DNA of 55,906 bases. It comes from a virus (Duplodnaviria > Caudoviricetes). Shown here piece after piece: positions 1 to 10,323 of the stretch; the stretch's first letter is position 1; each line of letters begins with the position of its first letter. The notes under the pieces were generated by a model. It saw nothing but the letters and a program-made list of their open reading frames with translations, was not told where the DNA came from and ran no database searches. The position numbers and the translations under genes were made by a program. The stretch is taken from the IMG/VR virus record IMGVR_UViG_3300031552_000006, positions 1 to 55,906 of that record; one strand, 5' to 3'.

Positions 1-127
1 GAATATCTATTACTGTATCAATTAATTTTTTTACCGTTATTGATGCCATGGCTTAAGCTTCAAATAATCTGTTTATCCGCAAAGAAATTGCTTCATTTCT
101 ATAAGTTTCGGGGGATTTCCGGTTATC
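1..127. repeat. Terminal direct repeat (identical to 55780-55906); circular assembly overlap
   Basis: First 127 nt equal last 127 nt; 127 is a common assembler k-mer; ORFs continue across the join. Confidence 0.95.
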
Positions 128-577
128 GAGCTTTATTTCTTTCCCAAACTCTATTGCAATATAATCAATGATTTCTTTTGGATCTGTCATTGCCTCTAAC
201 TTTTTGATATCCGGATCTTCGTTTATGATACGCTCTTTTTCTTCCTGAGCCAGTTCTTCCTTAGTTTTATCCTCTTTCTTGATATCTACCCCTTCTTCCT
301 TCAAAGCTTCATCAAGATTCTTCTTTTCCTTCGCCTCGATCTCGGCTTCAAGACTGGCTATCTCAGCAGCCTCAACGCTGATTTTTTTATCGATAGGCTG
401 CGGGGAAGTCTCCTCAAGTTCTTTAAGCCTACGCCTAAGGGCTTTTATTCGAATCTGGGCCTCATCAGGATTATGTTTTATAAAATCTTTGCGGTTAAGC
501 ATTGATTCTGTTCCGGGATGCCTGGGATTAACTATATAGATTCGGCCGGTTTTTGCCTGTCTTACAAATTGTTCCAT
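53..577 (-). CDS. Hypothetical charged/coiled-coil protein between capsid and adaptor genes
   Basis: 174-aa ORF, AGGAG RBS, co-oriented with the late operon. Confidence 0.75.
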   Translation of the reverse strand: MEQFVRQAKTGRIYIVNPRHPGTESMLNRKDFIKHNPDEAQIRIKALRRRLKELEETSPQPIDKKISVEAAEIASLEAEIEAKEKKNLDEALKEEGVDIKKEDKTKEELAQEEKERIINEDPDIKKLEAMTDPKEIIDYIAIEFGKEIKLDNRKSPETYRNEAISLRINRLFEA

Positions 578-589
578 TTTACTCTCCTG

Positions 590-613
590 AAAGGCGGGAT
601 ATCACCCGCCTTT
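590..613. terminator. Intrinsic terminator-like hairpin after the capsid genes
   Basis: AAAGGCGGG-ATATCA-CCCGCCTTT perfect inverted repeat. Confidence 0.65.
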
Positions 614-629
614 TTAATTTGTATTTATA

Positions 630-1151
630 CTATGATATTGCGGAAACCATCGCTCCACGAACCCAGAAATCTACCACCGACGTATCAGTGGCATGATTAA
701 AGAGAACGCAGATGTTCCCATCAGTTATGAAAAGCTCTCCGATCTTGTTATCGGTTCCACCCGCATCCGCGTCACCGGTTCCAAGCAGAACGCCCGCAGT
801 TTCTATAGATCCTGCATCTTCCCATAAATTATCAACGGCTGAAAGACCATGCGTTGAAGTGGCTGAATTTAGACCGATATCAATAGTACAGGTAGCCCCT
901 TCACCGGTTACGACATAATATTCTACGCCATAAACGATAAAACCTTTTGGGATTTGAAAAAGTTCCAGCTTATCTGCTGCACCAAATCCTGTTGAAGCAA
1001 GCTTTACTGCGGTGGTTTCGTCAGTTATATTTGCGAGCTTTTTATTCGCGATCAGGTCCGGAACGTTGAGCCTTCTTTTAAATGGAGGCGCGTCAGAACC
1101 TTTGTATGGTATGCCGGCTCCTTCCTGGTAAAATTTATATGTATCTGCCAT
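630..1151 (-). CDS. Putative capsid decoration/cement protein
   Basis: Immediately downstream of the capsid gene; beta-rich, G/A/T-rich; likely start MADTYK at 1151 after GGAGG. Confidence 0.6.
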   Translation of the reverse strand: MADTYKFYQEGAGIPYKGSDAPPFKRRLNVPDLIANKKLANITDETTAVKLASTGFGAADKLELFQIPKGFIVYGVEYYVVTGEGATCTIDIGLNSATSTHGLSAVDNLWEDAGSIETAGVLLGTGDADAGGTDNKIGELFITDGNICVLFNHATDTSVVDFWVRGAMVSAIS

Positions 1152-1223
1152 TTGTCCTCCTTTCGAGGATGGAGGCCCTAGAGCCTCCATAAAATGTGTT
1201 AATCAACCGGTATTAAGGTTCCC

Positions 1224-2150
1224 TTAACCTTTTCTGATATAAAGATCGATCAGAGATCCGCCTTTAAGGACCTGATAACCATAAACGTTGAGTCCTCTTA
1301 CAAGGGTCCCGAAGGTTCGGGATGTACGCAGGCTTTCCATATTTGTCATCTGAGATGCAAAGCTGAGTGCCGATTTATGGCCCACAAGCGCATGATAGGC
1401 CCTATAACTGCCATCCGTGACATAATACAGAAGATTCGACTCATAAAGAGTTAAGTCTGCTATCATACCTATCCGACCATTACGCATAATACTGGTCCCG
1501 TCACCGGCCAGGGATGCATCTTTCAGGTCTGATTTCATGATCATACCCGCCATCCATTCAGGTATAACACCCCATCTATTCTGTTTCGGAACATTCTGTT
1601 CAGAAAGACCGGTTCTGCAATCAACCAGAACATCAAGTACAGACGCCTTGGTAATTGGGAGAGGTGTCCCAGTTACTCCAAAGTTAAGGTCTCCGCTTAT
1701 TTTACCAGCTGTAAGACCCGCATTATAGGTATCTGCGTCGGCATAAATATCGGCCAGGATTTCGGTATCAATAAAAATACCCATTTGCTGACCTGCATCA
1801 TCCGAAAATTTATCCATCAGGGGAAGATCGGATTGATGTTTATCAATGTCATCACAGATAAAGTTAAAATAGTTTGCCTGGTCAATGGTAAGTTCTACCA
1901 TCGGGCTATCAGGATGCTCTATTTCAAGATCCTGATTCTTTTTATACTTCCTGATAGTAATATCAGGAACGGTCCGGATATTGACCTTATCACCCTTGGT
2001 TTTTATTTCACCCTCATACTCGGTATTGGAAATAGCCGCGAGCACTGTTGTGGCATAAAATTTGATCAGTATATTACCTGACCATATTTCGGGGATAAAA
2101 TTTCCGCTATACTGAGGGGTCCCTGCCGCTACTGGAACTGCCATATGCAA
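1224..2150 (-). CDS. Major capsid protein (HK97 fold, P22-coat-like)
   Basis: FIPEIWS N-terminal motif, GEIKxxGDxVxI, LTIDQ, C-terminal VRGLNVYGxxVL; follows scaffold. Confidence 0.9.
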   Translation of the reverse strand: MHMAVPVAAGTPQYSGNFIPEIWSGNILIKFYATTVLAAISNTEYEGEIKTKGDKVNIRTVPDITIRKYKKNQDLEIEHPDSPMVELTIDQANYFNFICDDIDKHQSDLPLMDKFSDDAGQQMGIFIDTEILADIYADADTYNAGLTAGKISGDLNFGVTGTPLPITKASVLDVLVDCRTGLSEQNVPKQNRWGVIPEWMAGMIMKSDLKDASLAGDGTSIMRNGRIGMIADLTLYESNLLYYVTDGSYRAYHALVGHKSALSFASQMTNMESLRTSRTFGTLVRGLNVYGYQVLKGGSLIDLYIRKG

Positions 2151-2194
2151 TCCTCCTTATAATTTTATCAGCAAGGGAGACAGGTCAATTTTCA

Positions 2195-3316
2195 TCATGC
2201 CAGTCCTTTCCTTACTGTTTCGTTGAAATATTTCTGAATCTTATCGAATTGTTTTTTTGTGATTTTCCCGAGTGCCATTTTTTTACATGCCGTAGCATAT
2301 TGCGTTCGGGTCACAATTGGGGTATCTTTGGTTTCAATCTTTTCCTCTCCCGTTCCACTTAGGTCGGGTAAAATCTCATCTTCCATCCTGGGTTTGGAAA
2401 GAGGCGCTGCTACTTTGTACCCGGTAGTTTTAATGAACAGATTGAAAATTCTTGCTGCCCTGATCGCATCCAGGTTCATACCATAATGGAATATATCGTC
2501 ATTTAGGTCAGGATTTTCAAGTAACCAGTTTTTGAAAAGGGGATCTAGATTGATTTGTTCCCATGCAGGATTTACCAATCTCGACATATCAGATTTGAAA
2601 TCTCTTAATCTAATATTATTCGAATCTTCCTCAAGCTTAGAACTGGTTGATACCTGATCTGCTCTGAGCTTTTCATTCTCGTCTACAAGGCTATTGACCA
2701 TATTTGCAATATCGACGATCTCATCGCCATAATCAGTAAACTTTTCAGGGTCTAATCTGTTTACCTTTCCTTTCTGGGTCGATGCTCCTGGGTCGTCTTC
2801 TTCCTGGCTTCCCTTAAATGCGCCTCGTTCAATTATCATATTCAAATTATCGATAACTTTTCTAAGACTTTTTATTTCTCCAAGTAGTTCATCTTCCCTT
2901 GCCTGGGCCTCACGTTTGTGCTTATCAAACATGCCCTGTAAAACAGATTCTCTCTGTTCATCCGGTTTTTTTGTTTCTGTTGGCTTATCAGGTTCTTTGG
3001 CTGGCTCATCTTCAGCAAGAATGGCTTCGATGTCCAGATCATCAGTATCATCACTTTCGGGCTTATCAATAATCTCTTTTTTCTCCGGATCCTGAATATC
3101 TTCCGGTTTTCCCTCGGCAAACTCTTTCTGCCTTGTCTTGGCAAGATTGCCTTGCATCAATACTGCTGTTGGTATCCCTGATAAATTGTTCCTTTCCATT
3201 ACGTTACCTTCCATGTGGTAACCTCCTTTGTGCGATCCCTCCCGGGTATTCGCTGTCTTATCCCCGGAATCCTGCTCATAGCCGGTTGTTTCCAGGTGAC
3301 AAAAATAAAAAGCCAA
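2195..3316 (-). CDS. Putative capsid scaffolding protein (true start probably near 3200-3214)
   Basis: Acidic low-complexity N-terminus plus coiled coil; directly upstream of the capsid gene. Confidence 0.7.
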   Translation of the reverse strand: MAFYFCHLETTGYEQDSGDKTANTREGSHKGGYHMEGNVMERNNLSGIPTAVLMQGNLAKTRQKEFAEGKPEDIQDPEKKEIIDKPESDDTDDLDIEAILAEDEPAKEPDKPTETKKPDEQRESVLQGMFDKHKREAQAREDELLGEIKSLRKVIDNLNMIIERGAFKGSQEEDDPGASTQKGKVNRLDPEKFTDYGDEIVDIANMVNSLVDENEKLRADQVSTSSKLEEDSNNIRLRDFKSDMSRLVNPAWEQINLDPLFKNWLLENPDLNDDIFHYGMNLDAIRAARIFNLFIKTTGYKVAAPLSKPRMEDEILPDLSGTGEEKIETKDTPIVTRTQYATACKKMALGKITKKQFDKIQKYFNETVRKGLA

Positions 3317-3512
3317 GCCGAAAACATGATATTACTCATATTTCCAGACTTGGCTTTGTGAGCGGGGTCTGCTTCCCTTATTCGAGGCTTTATAGCTTGG
3401 AATTAAGGGGTATATATTAAATCATTAATTTTGCATATGATAAGCAAATATTTTAAGTTTTATCAACTTCTTTTTATAAACCCGAAAGATTCTATTGCTA
3501 CCGCTACGTCTC

Positions 3513-3971
3513 TTACTGATAATTATAACGAACCAAATATTGAATATTGGTCGGAATAATAAGGCCTGAAGCTTTTTTCTTACCCCCTTTAATTCTAAGG
3601 GGTTCGGAGATCCAGTACGCGATCTCGTTATGATGATAGAAATAAATTCCGGACTTCCAGAAATTTTCTCCAGGGTATCGTCGTCGCTCCACTTTCACAT
3701 CAGCTTTTTTCATTTCTTTATCGATAAGTTTTTCAAGAAATGCTTTCTGGCGCCGATTTGGATATTTTTTCATCATTGAAAGCTGATCGATCCCAAGCTT
3801 TGAAAGGCATGCATTCGTTAAAGTTCCCATAAAAAACATAGCATCTTTTTCATGATCGAACCATTTCTCTTTAAGTTTCTGGTGAACAAGTTTAAGGTTG
3901 TCAATATCCCTGGCTTTAATGTCTTCCAGGTACATATGTTCGGTTGCGTCGCGCCGGAAGTCTTCTGCCAT
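3513..3971 (-). CDS. Hypothetical protein
   Basis: 152-aa ORF translationally coupled to the upstream gene. Confidence 0.7.
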   Translation of the reverse strand: MAEDFRRDATEHMYLEDIKARDIDNLKLVHQKLKEKWFDHEKDAMFFMGTLTNACLSKLGIDQLSMMKKYPNRRQKAFLEKLIDKEMKKADVKVERRRYPGENFWKSGIYFYHHNEIAYWISEPLRIKGGKKKASGLIIPTNIQYLVRYNYQ

Positions 3972-4525
3972 TATGCCTCTCCCATATCAACATCATAAAT
4001 AAGTTTGCCCATAAATTTAATGGTTCGATACCTACCATTAGAATTATTTATCCTGTATGCAACATTGTCACCAATTTGAACTCCCCGATCGGGATCAGCG
4101 GTATGGGCCGCTATACTAAAAACAAAATTATGTTCGACGAGCGGGTCACGGACTTCATCCGGTATTTTTCTGAGTTCTGGTTGCCCAGATTGAGGATTGG
4201 GAACGATTAAGCCAAGCAATTCAATCCTGCGTCTCATGCGTCCTAAGACCTGAGATACTTTATACCCAAACCCATTAACACCAAAAATCATGTCTTTTAC
4301 AGCCAAAGGGTCTTCATAGCCTGGTCTAATCTTTATAATTCTGCGTGGAATTTTAACCGGTTTTCGATCAGAAGAAAAGGTCTCTGGCTCTTCTTCCTTA
4401 GAATCAAGAATAGCTTTGGCCTTAGAGCATATTTCTGCGGCAGCCCTTTTTGCTTCTTCATCATCTGACCATTTGGTAACTTCCTTTACTGCAAGATTTT
4501 TATTTTCTAATTCTGGTTTATTCAT
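3971..4525 (-). CDS. Hypothetical protein
   Basis: 184-aa ORF with AGGAG RBS. Confidence 0.7.
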   Translation of the reverse strand: MNKPELENKNLAVKEVTKWSDDEEAKRAAAEICSKAKAILDSKEEEPETFSSDRKPVKIPRRIIKIRPGYEDPLAVKDMIFGVNGFGYKVSQVLGRMRRRIELLGLIVPNPQSGQPELRKIPDEVRDPLVEHNFVFSIAAHTADPDRGVQIGDNVAYRINNSNGRYRTIKFMGKLIYDVDMGEA

Positions 4526-4751
4526 GTTACTGGTTCTCCTTTTTTTACTTTTTCCAATATGTGGATCGCGTATTTAAAAATTCTGATAAATGCGTTCACT
4601 AATATTTTTGTATCAGTATTCAAAATTTTTTCCAATTATTCCTCCATTTTTATAGGGGTCCCCGGGGAAAAAGTACGGGACGCTACCGTAGGAAAAATCC
4701 CCGGGGAAGGGCCGCGCGATCTAGGAGAGGAGAGGGACGCGACCCGATTTT

Positions 4752-5756
4752 TTAATAAGCCCTGAGAACTACACACCAGATCTTATGTGCCGTACTTGGA
4801 TCAGCCGACATTGTTACTGTAACAGTATTTGCCGCGCTTACCGCTGCCGAAACTATCGTATCCGTATCATTTGTCCCGGCATAACCGGCAAGGACAACGT
4901 CTCCCGACGTTGCTCCGGTAATAGTAATATCGTTTGTGGCTCCGACCGCGGCCGTTGTCGTATGAACTGCCGCGCCCACGATATAATGAGAGGGCTGAAA
5001 ATCTCCTTTCGGACGCAATACCATGTAATCGATTGAATGCGTCGCGCCGGGATCCACTGAACAAGTGACGGTTACAGTATTTGCTGTGCAGACTACTTTC
5101 GCGATTACATCGGAATCATCGGTTACACTATAAGATGCAAACGCGATATCAGTGGCCAGGACTCCGGTAACTGTAATTGCTTCAGCGGCAGCCCCTCCCG
5201 TAGTTACATGCGTGCCAGCCGCGACAATATCGAAAGCAGGTAAGCATTTATCCCGCATTACTCCATAAACATATCCGTGAGCTGTACTTGGATCAACTGA
5301 AAGAGTGAGGTCTATTGATCCTTCATTTGCAATAGCTGCAACAATAGTATCGCTATCATTGGATACTTCATGACCTACAACCGCAATATCACTATCCATG
5401 ATAATGCCCTGCAGAGAGATTGATTCAGCAGTATCTGCACCCAAACTCGTTACGGGACCTCCGCCAGTTAAAAATCCATATCCCATAACCGGGCCGAATG
5501 GTCTGAATTTGCATGAAGTGGATGATCCGAGATTGATCCATCTGGGATATTGCCCATAGGCAGCGTCTGTTTTTTCAAATACACAACCAGGCGCAAAGCC
5601 TTTATTTGGCAAATAGGTTACACCATCAGCCGGAATAGATGTACCTGAGCATTCCTTGATATTTCCATTTCTGTCAATTTCAGTTACATGGAGTGCTGCG
5701 TTTCCTATTCCTTCCTTAAAAATTTGTCCAGTGCTAAGCTCTTCAATTCTTGACAT
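4752..5756 (-). CDS. Putative virion structural protein with three internal ~80-aa beta-rich repeats
   Basis: Repeated units ending SxDPSTAH / VDPGATH; A/T/V/G-rich; GGAGG RBS. Confidence 0.7.
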   Translation of the reverse strand: MSRIEELSTGQIFKEGIGNAALHVTEIDRNGNIKECSGTSIPADGVTYLPNKGFAPGCVFEKTDAAYGQYPRWINLGSSTSCKFRPFGPVMGYGFLTGGGPVTSLGADTAESISLQGIIMDSDIAVVGHEVSNDSDTIVAAIANEGSIDLTLSVDPSTAHGYVYGVMRDKCLPAFDIVAAGTHVTTGGAAAEAITVTGVLATDIAFASYSVTDDSDVIAKVVCTANTVTVTCSVDPGATHSIDYMVLRPKGDFQPSHYIVGAAVHTTTAAVGATNDITITGATSGDVVLAGYAGTNDTDTIVSAAVSAANTVTVTMSADPSTAHKIWCVVLRAY

Positions 5757-5830
5757 TTTAAAATCCTCCGATTAAAAGTTTATCGCCCAACGCCTGCCAT
5801 TTTCTCCCGATGAGAAATTGCGGAGCGTAC

Positions 5831-6115
5831 CTATTCTGGTTTAAAAGGTGAAACATTTATTCTTCTTGCATCGTCTAAGGCATCCAAAAGTTCTTTAAGT
5901 ACTGTTGCCGCCCCTTGGGCTCGATAAAGGGGTGCCCCGTCATATGTGACACAATAAATTTTTGCCTGGATTTCAGCCCGTTTTATCATTGCTTGCAACG
6001 AAATGAAATCATCATTTTCTTGTATCCTGGAAATTTCAAATATTTCCCGATCATTCTCAGGAAGTTTAACCGTTTTTATCATGACTTGACCCAGTCGCAA
6101 TAGATTCATTAGCAA
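5831..6115 (-). CDS. Small helical head-module protein
   Basis: LYRAQG...LxELL motif typical of small genes downstream of podovirus portals. Confidence 0.55.
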   Translation of the reverse strand: MLMNLLRLGQVMIKTVKLPENDREIFEISRIQENDDFISLQAMIKRAEIQAKIYCVTYDGAPLYRAQGAATVLKELLDALDDARRINVSPFKPE

Positions 6116-6141
6116 TACATCGGGTGCACATTAAAACGATT

Positions 6142-6339
6142 TCACCCGCGCCTAAATGTACCATTTTGAGAAACATAGAATTCGTCAGAGTCCGCATATC
6201 TCTCTATTGCGTCCTCAAGATGGCGAATCATCTGTTTCGCTGAATCTTTGGTATAAATTACACCAAGAACATCTTTGTCAGTTTTGTCAGTTTCAGGATT
6301 ACCAGGATTAAATATTAAAGATTTTTTTTCTTCTGTCAT
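6142..6339 (-). CDS. Hypothetical protein
   Basis: 65 aa, GAGG RBS. Confidence 0.55.
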   Translation of the reverse strand: MTEEKKSLIFNPGNPETDKTDKDVLGVIYTKDSAKQMIRHLEDAIERYADSDEFYVSQNGTFRRG

Positions 6340-6368
6340 AATAACCTCTTATTGAAAGGATTAATAAA

Positions 6369-6635
6369 ATTGAATCTAAACATGGCATTGTTTTACATCC
6401 TTCATGGAAAACTGAACTACCAAAATCTATCGATTTCCTCGTGAGAGATGCCCTCTATATTGATTGCATCTCCTACGAAATTGGCAATTATTACATCGAG
6501 ATTGAGGCAATAGAACAAGGACTACAAATGGGCACTGTTCGATTACTAATTCCACATCGATTGATTTCAGCAATTGTCGTTGATCAGAAAACACCAATTG
6601 GTTTTGATTCATCAATTGAGAATAAGGAATCTTAG
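6369..6635 (+). CDS. Hypothetical protein, antisense to late operon; ATT start or decayed start
   Basis: Frame of ORF 6441-6635 stays open back to ATT at 6369 after GAAAGGA; reads like a natural protein (..LLIPHRLISAIVVDQKTPIGF..). Confidence 0.4.
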   Translation: MESKHGIVLHPSWKTELPKSIDFLVRDALYIDCISYEIGNYYIEIEAIEQGLQMGTVRLLIPHRLISAIVVDQKTPIGFDSSIENKES

Positions 6636-6719
6636 AGCCATTTGCGATTGCTGTTCGAGTCCAAACATCTTTTTGAGTATTATCTATTTCCATAATAATT
6701 TATAAAGAGGTTAATAAAA

Positions 6720-6971
6720 ATGGAATCTATTGAACATTCACAACCATATCCATCATTGTCTCATCTCAATCCAGATATAGAGAAATTAAAAATTAACAAA
6801 TATACACAAACATCCAATGACAAATTAGACGACTTCGAGTTCAAAATAAAAGGCCCCCATGGTATTAACGAGGAACAATTTGGGGAGCAATTTGTATACA
6901 CACTTTATTGGAAGCATCCAAAAGATTCAAAAGCTTACTGTCTGTGGAAGTTATGCTGTAAAAACCATTAG
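6720..6971 (+). CDS. Hypothetical protein, possible cassette gene upstream of the attC at 7079
   Basis: AAAGAGG RBS; GTTAATA core at 6710; overlaps opposite-strand ORF. Confidence 0.4.
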   Translation: MESIEHSQPYPSLSHLNPDIEKLKINKYTQTSNDKLDDFEFKIKGPHGINEEQFGEQFVYTLYWKHPKDSKAYCLWKLCCKNH

Positions 6972-7071
6972 AATCTTTAGTAATAAGTAAGAAATCAACA
7001 TCATTTTCTATACATTTTGGCATTACAGCTTCTAATATTTCGCCATGAGTTTTTTTAAATTCTTTAGACAT
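6865..7071 (-). CDS. Hypothetical protein
   Basis: AGGAGG RBS lying in the end of the attC-like site. Confidence 0.55.
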   Translation of the reverse strand: MSKEFKKTHGEILEAVMPKCIENDVDFLLITKDSNGFYSITSTDSKLLNLLDASNKVCIQIAPQIVPR

Positions 7072-7078
7072 AAAAACC

Positions 7079-7142
7079 TCCTAACCAAAAGTTCAAGGCG
7101 ATCCGGCGAAAGACTGCCGGGCTCCTTAACTTCACGTTAATA
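7079..7142 (+). mobile_element. attC-like integron recombination site at the portal stop codon
   Basis: TCCTAAC..AAGTT(C)AAGG..CCGGC-loop-GCCGG..CCTTAACTT..GTTAATA; 64 bp; extra C in left arm. Confidence 0.75.
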
Positions 7143-9302
7143 ATTCATGCCGGCACGTCTATTGATCGGTGTCATGGTCCTCCCGGGAGGAGATCCTGCC
7201 CGACCTCCCGCCGCATCTAAGACGGCCGAGTGAGGAGTGTTTGGCTGTTGTCCACCGGCCCCAGGTTGCATGTCCTCATGATAGATTCCCAATTCAGCCG
7301 CCGCATTCTGTTGGGCCAATGCCATCATTTGATTATATTCTTCCATCTGATCCATTTTATCCTCGTCAGGAATGATGCCGTCAGTATCAAGATGGAGTGA
7401 TTCAAAAGCTTCTTCGAGCATTTTCGCCCGCCCACGATCTCCAATAATTTTTCGATCCCAGTCGTTATTTGTGGCTTGAAGCATTTCGGTGCGTCTGAGC
7501 TGTAGTTGCTCCTCTATTATTAAGTGCTGGCTGGCCCGGGCCACAACATTGATATCACCACTCTTTTCGATATCATCGTCATAAAGCATAACATGTATCC
7601 AAAGAGCTTTAATGCTCGGGGATATTACTTTTTCATCAATATGAGTAATAACTCCTTTAAGGTTTTTATTTGCGGCATTCATCAGCATGCCGAGTCCTGA
7701 AGCTGTTTTGCCGGCGCCCCCGACATTTTCATTCCCATAAATATAAGCAGGAATCCCGGATTGTTCCGAAGCTTGCTGAAAGAAAAATTTAAAAACCTGC
7801 AATAACACAGCAGATCTATCGTCAGGCTGATAGAAATTTATTGCCGGATTATTGGATCCCATACCATCATCTTCAGTCGGGATAATCATCCATGGATAAA
7901 GAGTTTGAAAATCGAATCCGGGCGCGAGTCTATTTTTATAATATTCAACCAAAGGTCCCGATGCAATTCCTATATTATTACACAGTGCACGAGCAAGGGC
8001 ATTACATATGTCCTGACAGTCTGAAAATAATTCAACCGGAGCTTTACCCCATATACTGTCATTCACAGATTCGAAAGAGGCTGAAAAATAATCTCTTTTT
8101 CCCAACGGATTAGGATTGAGCCTGGCCATTATTACCCAGTTATCAATTAACCAGCAACAGACTTGATATGATTTTGTAGGGTCGTCAATCTTTTCTTCAG
8201 GTATTCCCCAGTCGAGCAGCATCTGGCCGCGGACCGAACCCCAGAAAATTATCGTATCAATTAGCGGATTAGGGTCTTCATATTCATTTCCCCTGTCTTC
8301 AATAACTGCCCTTTCCTGGTCAACCGTTAACCATTGCCGGATACCACCTCCTTGATATTCTTTGATAACAGCCTTGATGGCAGATTCTTTAAACCCGGGA
8401 ACTCCAATCATTTCATCCAAATCATTTATTCTAAGCCGTGCCCGCTCACATAAAGAGCCATCCTGAAGATTTTTAGCACCTGGACTGGGAAAAATATCGT
8501 ATCCGGATACCCGTTGCCATTCCCTGACCGCTTTTATTTCAACTTTAGGAAGCCAATCGCCGGAAGTATCTTGGGACCAACTCAATTTTTTCTTTCTTTT
8601 GACAACAGGTCCCTTTAAAAATGCGGTGGGAAAAGTGGCAAGATCTGTGATGAATTCAGATAAGGCTCCATAATAATTTCCTTCGACGAGCTGGTCATCA
8701 AGATGCAACTCCATTCGTTTCACATCTTTCTTGGCCCGTTTTCTCTTTTCCTTCATTGTTTTATCTTTGATTTCCTGTAGACGATCTCGAATATTTTGAG
8801 TAGTAATTGATTGTATGCCTTGATTTTGAATAACGGTACTTGCTTCCAATATGACTTGATTCGCAATATCAAGTTCTATCGCTTCGGGAAGGGTGGGGAC
8901 TGGAGTAGGACATATTGACCAGGGCTTATCTCCGGGAGGAAGCTCAACATCTCTGATCCAGCTTTCAAGCGCCCGGCATTTTACAGAGCTAAGTTGCATA
9001 TAAATTTCGGATCCCCCGGTTTGTCGGATTTCAGCCAGTTTATCCGGATTATAGATACCTTTCCTGCGCCTGGCGCATTCCAGCATTCTCTGATCAATCT
9101 GGTTTGATGTCTTAGCCCTTAACGCAGCATCAAAAGAAGTTCTGACATATGAATGCAGGTTTAAGAGATATGGCTTATTGTTTTCTTTCGACGCTTTATC
9201 GATTTCATCTTGTTGGGCTCTTTCTCTTTTTTGCAGCATGCTTTCCGTGACCCTGATCCCCAGGCCAAGTGGCATCCCTCCGGATTTATTTGTCATGTCC
9301 AT
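7137..9302 (-). CDS. Portal protein
   Basis: 721 aa, downstream of terminase; SGIPAY..G...GAGKTASGLGMLM motif typical of podovirus portals. Confidence 0.88.
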   Translation of the reverse strand: MDMTNKSGGMPLGLGIRVTESMLQKRERAQQDEIDKASKENNKPYLLNLHSYVRTSFDAALRAKTSNQIDQRMLECARRRKGIYNPDKLAEIRQTGGSEIYMQLSSVKCRALESWIRDVELPPGDKPWSICPTPVPTLPEAIELDIANQVILEASTVIQNQGIQSITTQNIRDRLQEIKDKTMKEKRKRAKKDVKRMELHLDDQLVEGNYYGALSEFITDLATFPTAFLKGPVVKRKKKLSWSQDTSGDWLPKVEIKAVREWQRVSGYDIFPSPGAKNLQDGSLCERARLRINDLDEMIGVPGFKESAIKAVIKEYQGGGIRQWLTVDQERAVIEDRGNEYEDPNPLIDTIIFWGSVRGQMLLDWGIPEEKIDDPTKSYQVCCWLIDNWVIMARLNPNPLGKRDYFSASFESVNDSIWGKAPVELFSDCQDICNALARALCNNIGIASGPLVEYYKNRLAPGFDFQTLYPWMIIPTEDDGMGSNNPAINFYQPDDRSAVLLQVFKFFFQQASEQSGIPAYIYGNENVGGAGKTASGLGMLMNAANKNLKGVITHIDEKVISPSIKALWIHVMLYDDDIEKSGDINVVARASQHLIIEEQLQLRRTEMLQATNNDWDRKIIGDRGRAKMLEEAFESLHLDTDGIIPDEDKMDQMEEYNQMMALAQQNAAAELGIYHEDMQPGAGGQQPNTPHSAVLDAAGGRAGSPPGRTMTPINRRAGMNY

Positions 9303-10036
9303 GCTTTCAGGCTCCTGTTATTCGATTTTTGGTATGAAAGGATGTTTTCAGAATCGTATCTATCTCCCCATCCGGTACTTGATTGCTGCATAATAGTCTT
9401 TGGTGGTTCTTTTACAAATCCCGCCAGTAGAATTCTTAACGCATGGAAACAAAACCATTTCGGATCTTTCAAGTTGCTGTCAATATCCATGCCATGATCT
9501 GTAAATAACTGATTTTTTAGAATAGTATCAACGAAAATTGGTAAAATCAATGCCTTTTCTTTTCTCCATTCCCTGATCAAAGCATCCCCATATCGAAAAT
9601 CTTTTACAGATATCGCAGGCTTAACCCGATATGGCAGATTATTTCTATATCTATAATCCCATAAATCTTTATAAAAACCCTGAACAGCTCTTTTTTCAGT
9701 AGGGATAGGTGTATAAATCATTGAAGCTTTGAGACGGCTTGCATCATCACTGATATCTTCGAGGATGCCATGAAATGTTTCAACTGTTTTCTCATGAAGA
9801 AAAAGGAGAGGATATTTTGAATAGGTATTAGGCTCTTTGAGCATCCCCAAAAACAAATAATAGCCTGGATAAACATCTTGGGGTGGGATTACAGCGGCTC
9901 GGATCTCTATCAACTGAATATCGACATTCTGTCCATTGTCCGACATTCCTTGTGCCAAGAATCCGGTACCATACCGCTGTATGAAATATATTTCTTTCAC
10001 GTTAAAACCCTTTTGGCCATTTTCGAGGCCTCGCAA
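9293..10036 (-). CDS. Hypothetical protein between terminase and portal (start possibly GTG near 10000)
   Basis: 247-aa ORF overlapping the portal start. Confidence 0.65.
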   Translation of the reverse strand: MRGLENGQKGFNVKEIYFIQRYGTGFLAQGMSDNGQNVDIQLIEIRAAVIPPQDVYPGYYLFLGMLKEPNTYSKYPLLFLHEKTVETFHGILEDISDDASRLKASMIYTPIPTEKRAVQGFYKDLWDYRYRNNLPYRVKPAISVKDFRYGDALIREWRKEKALILPIFVDTILKNQLFTDHGMDIDSNLKDPKWFCFHALRILLAGFVKEPPKTIMQQSSTGWGDRYDSENILSYQKSNNRSLKAWT

Positions 10037-10323
10037 ACAATTTTTATCGCCGATCGCTGCTCAAAAATGGACAGATTGCAGCTGGTGAAACCTGACGAAA
10101 TCGACCGTTCCGGTCATGACTTCAACGGGTCCACAAGATCGATCAATTCTATGATAAGGTCCTGAGTGTCTAAAAGGGACTGAGGTAATCTAGGGGGTAA
10201 ACTGTCAAGCTTGCATTTCTTTACAGTCTCTGCTCGTAGAATGTTAGCCTTTTCCCGTATCGCTTTAATTTTTATCATGTCCATTGTTTTAATCCTTTCG
10301 TGGTTGCACCATGTTTATCTTTT

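Noticed and set aside
1-127. Physical terminal repeat of the virion DNA
   Set aside because: Its length equals a common assembler k-mer and it falls across coding sequence; it indicates circularity only
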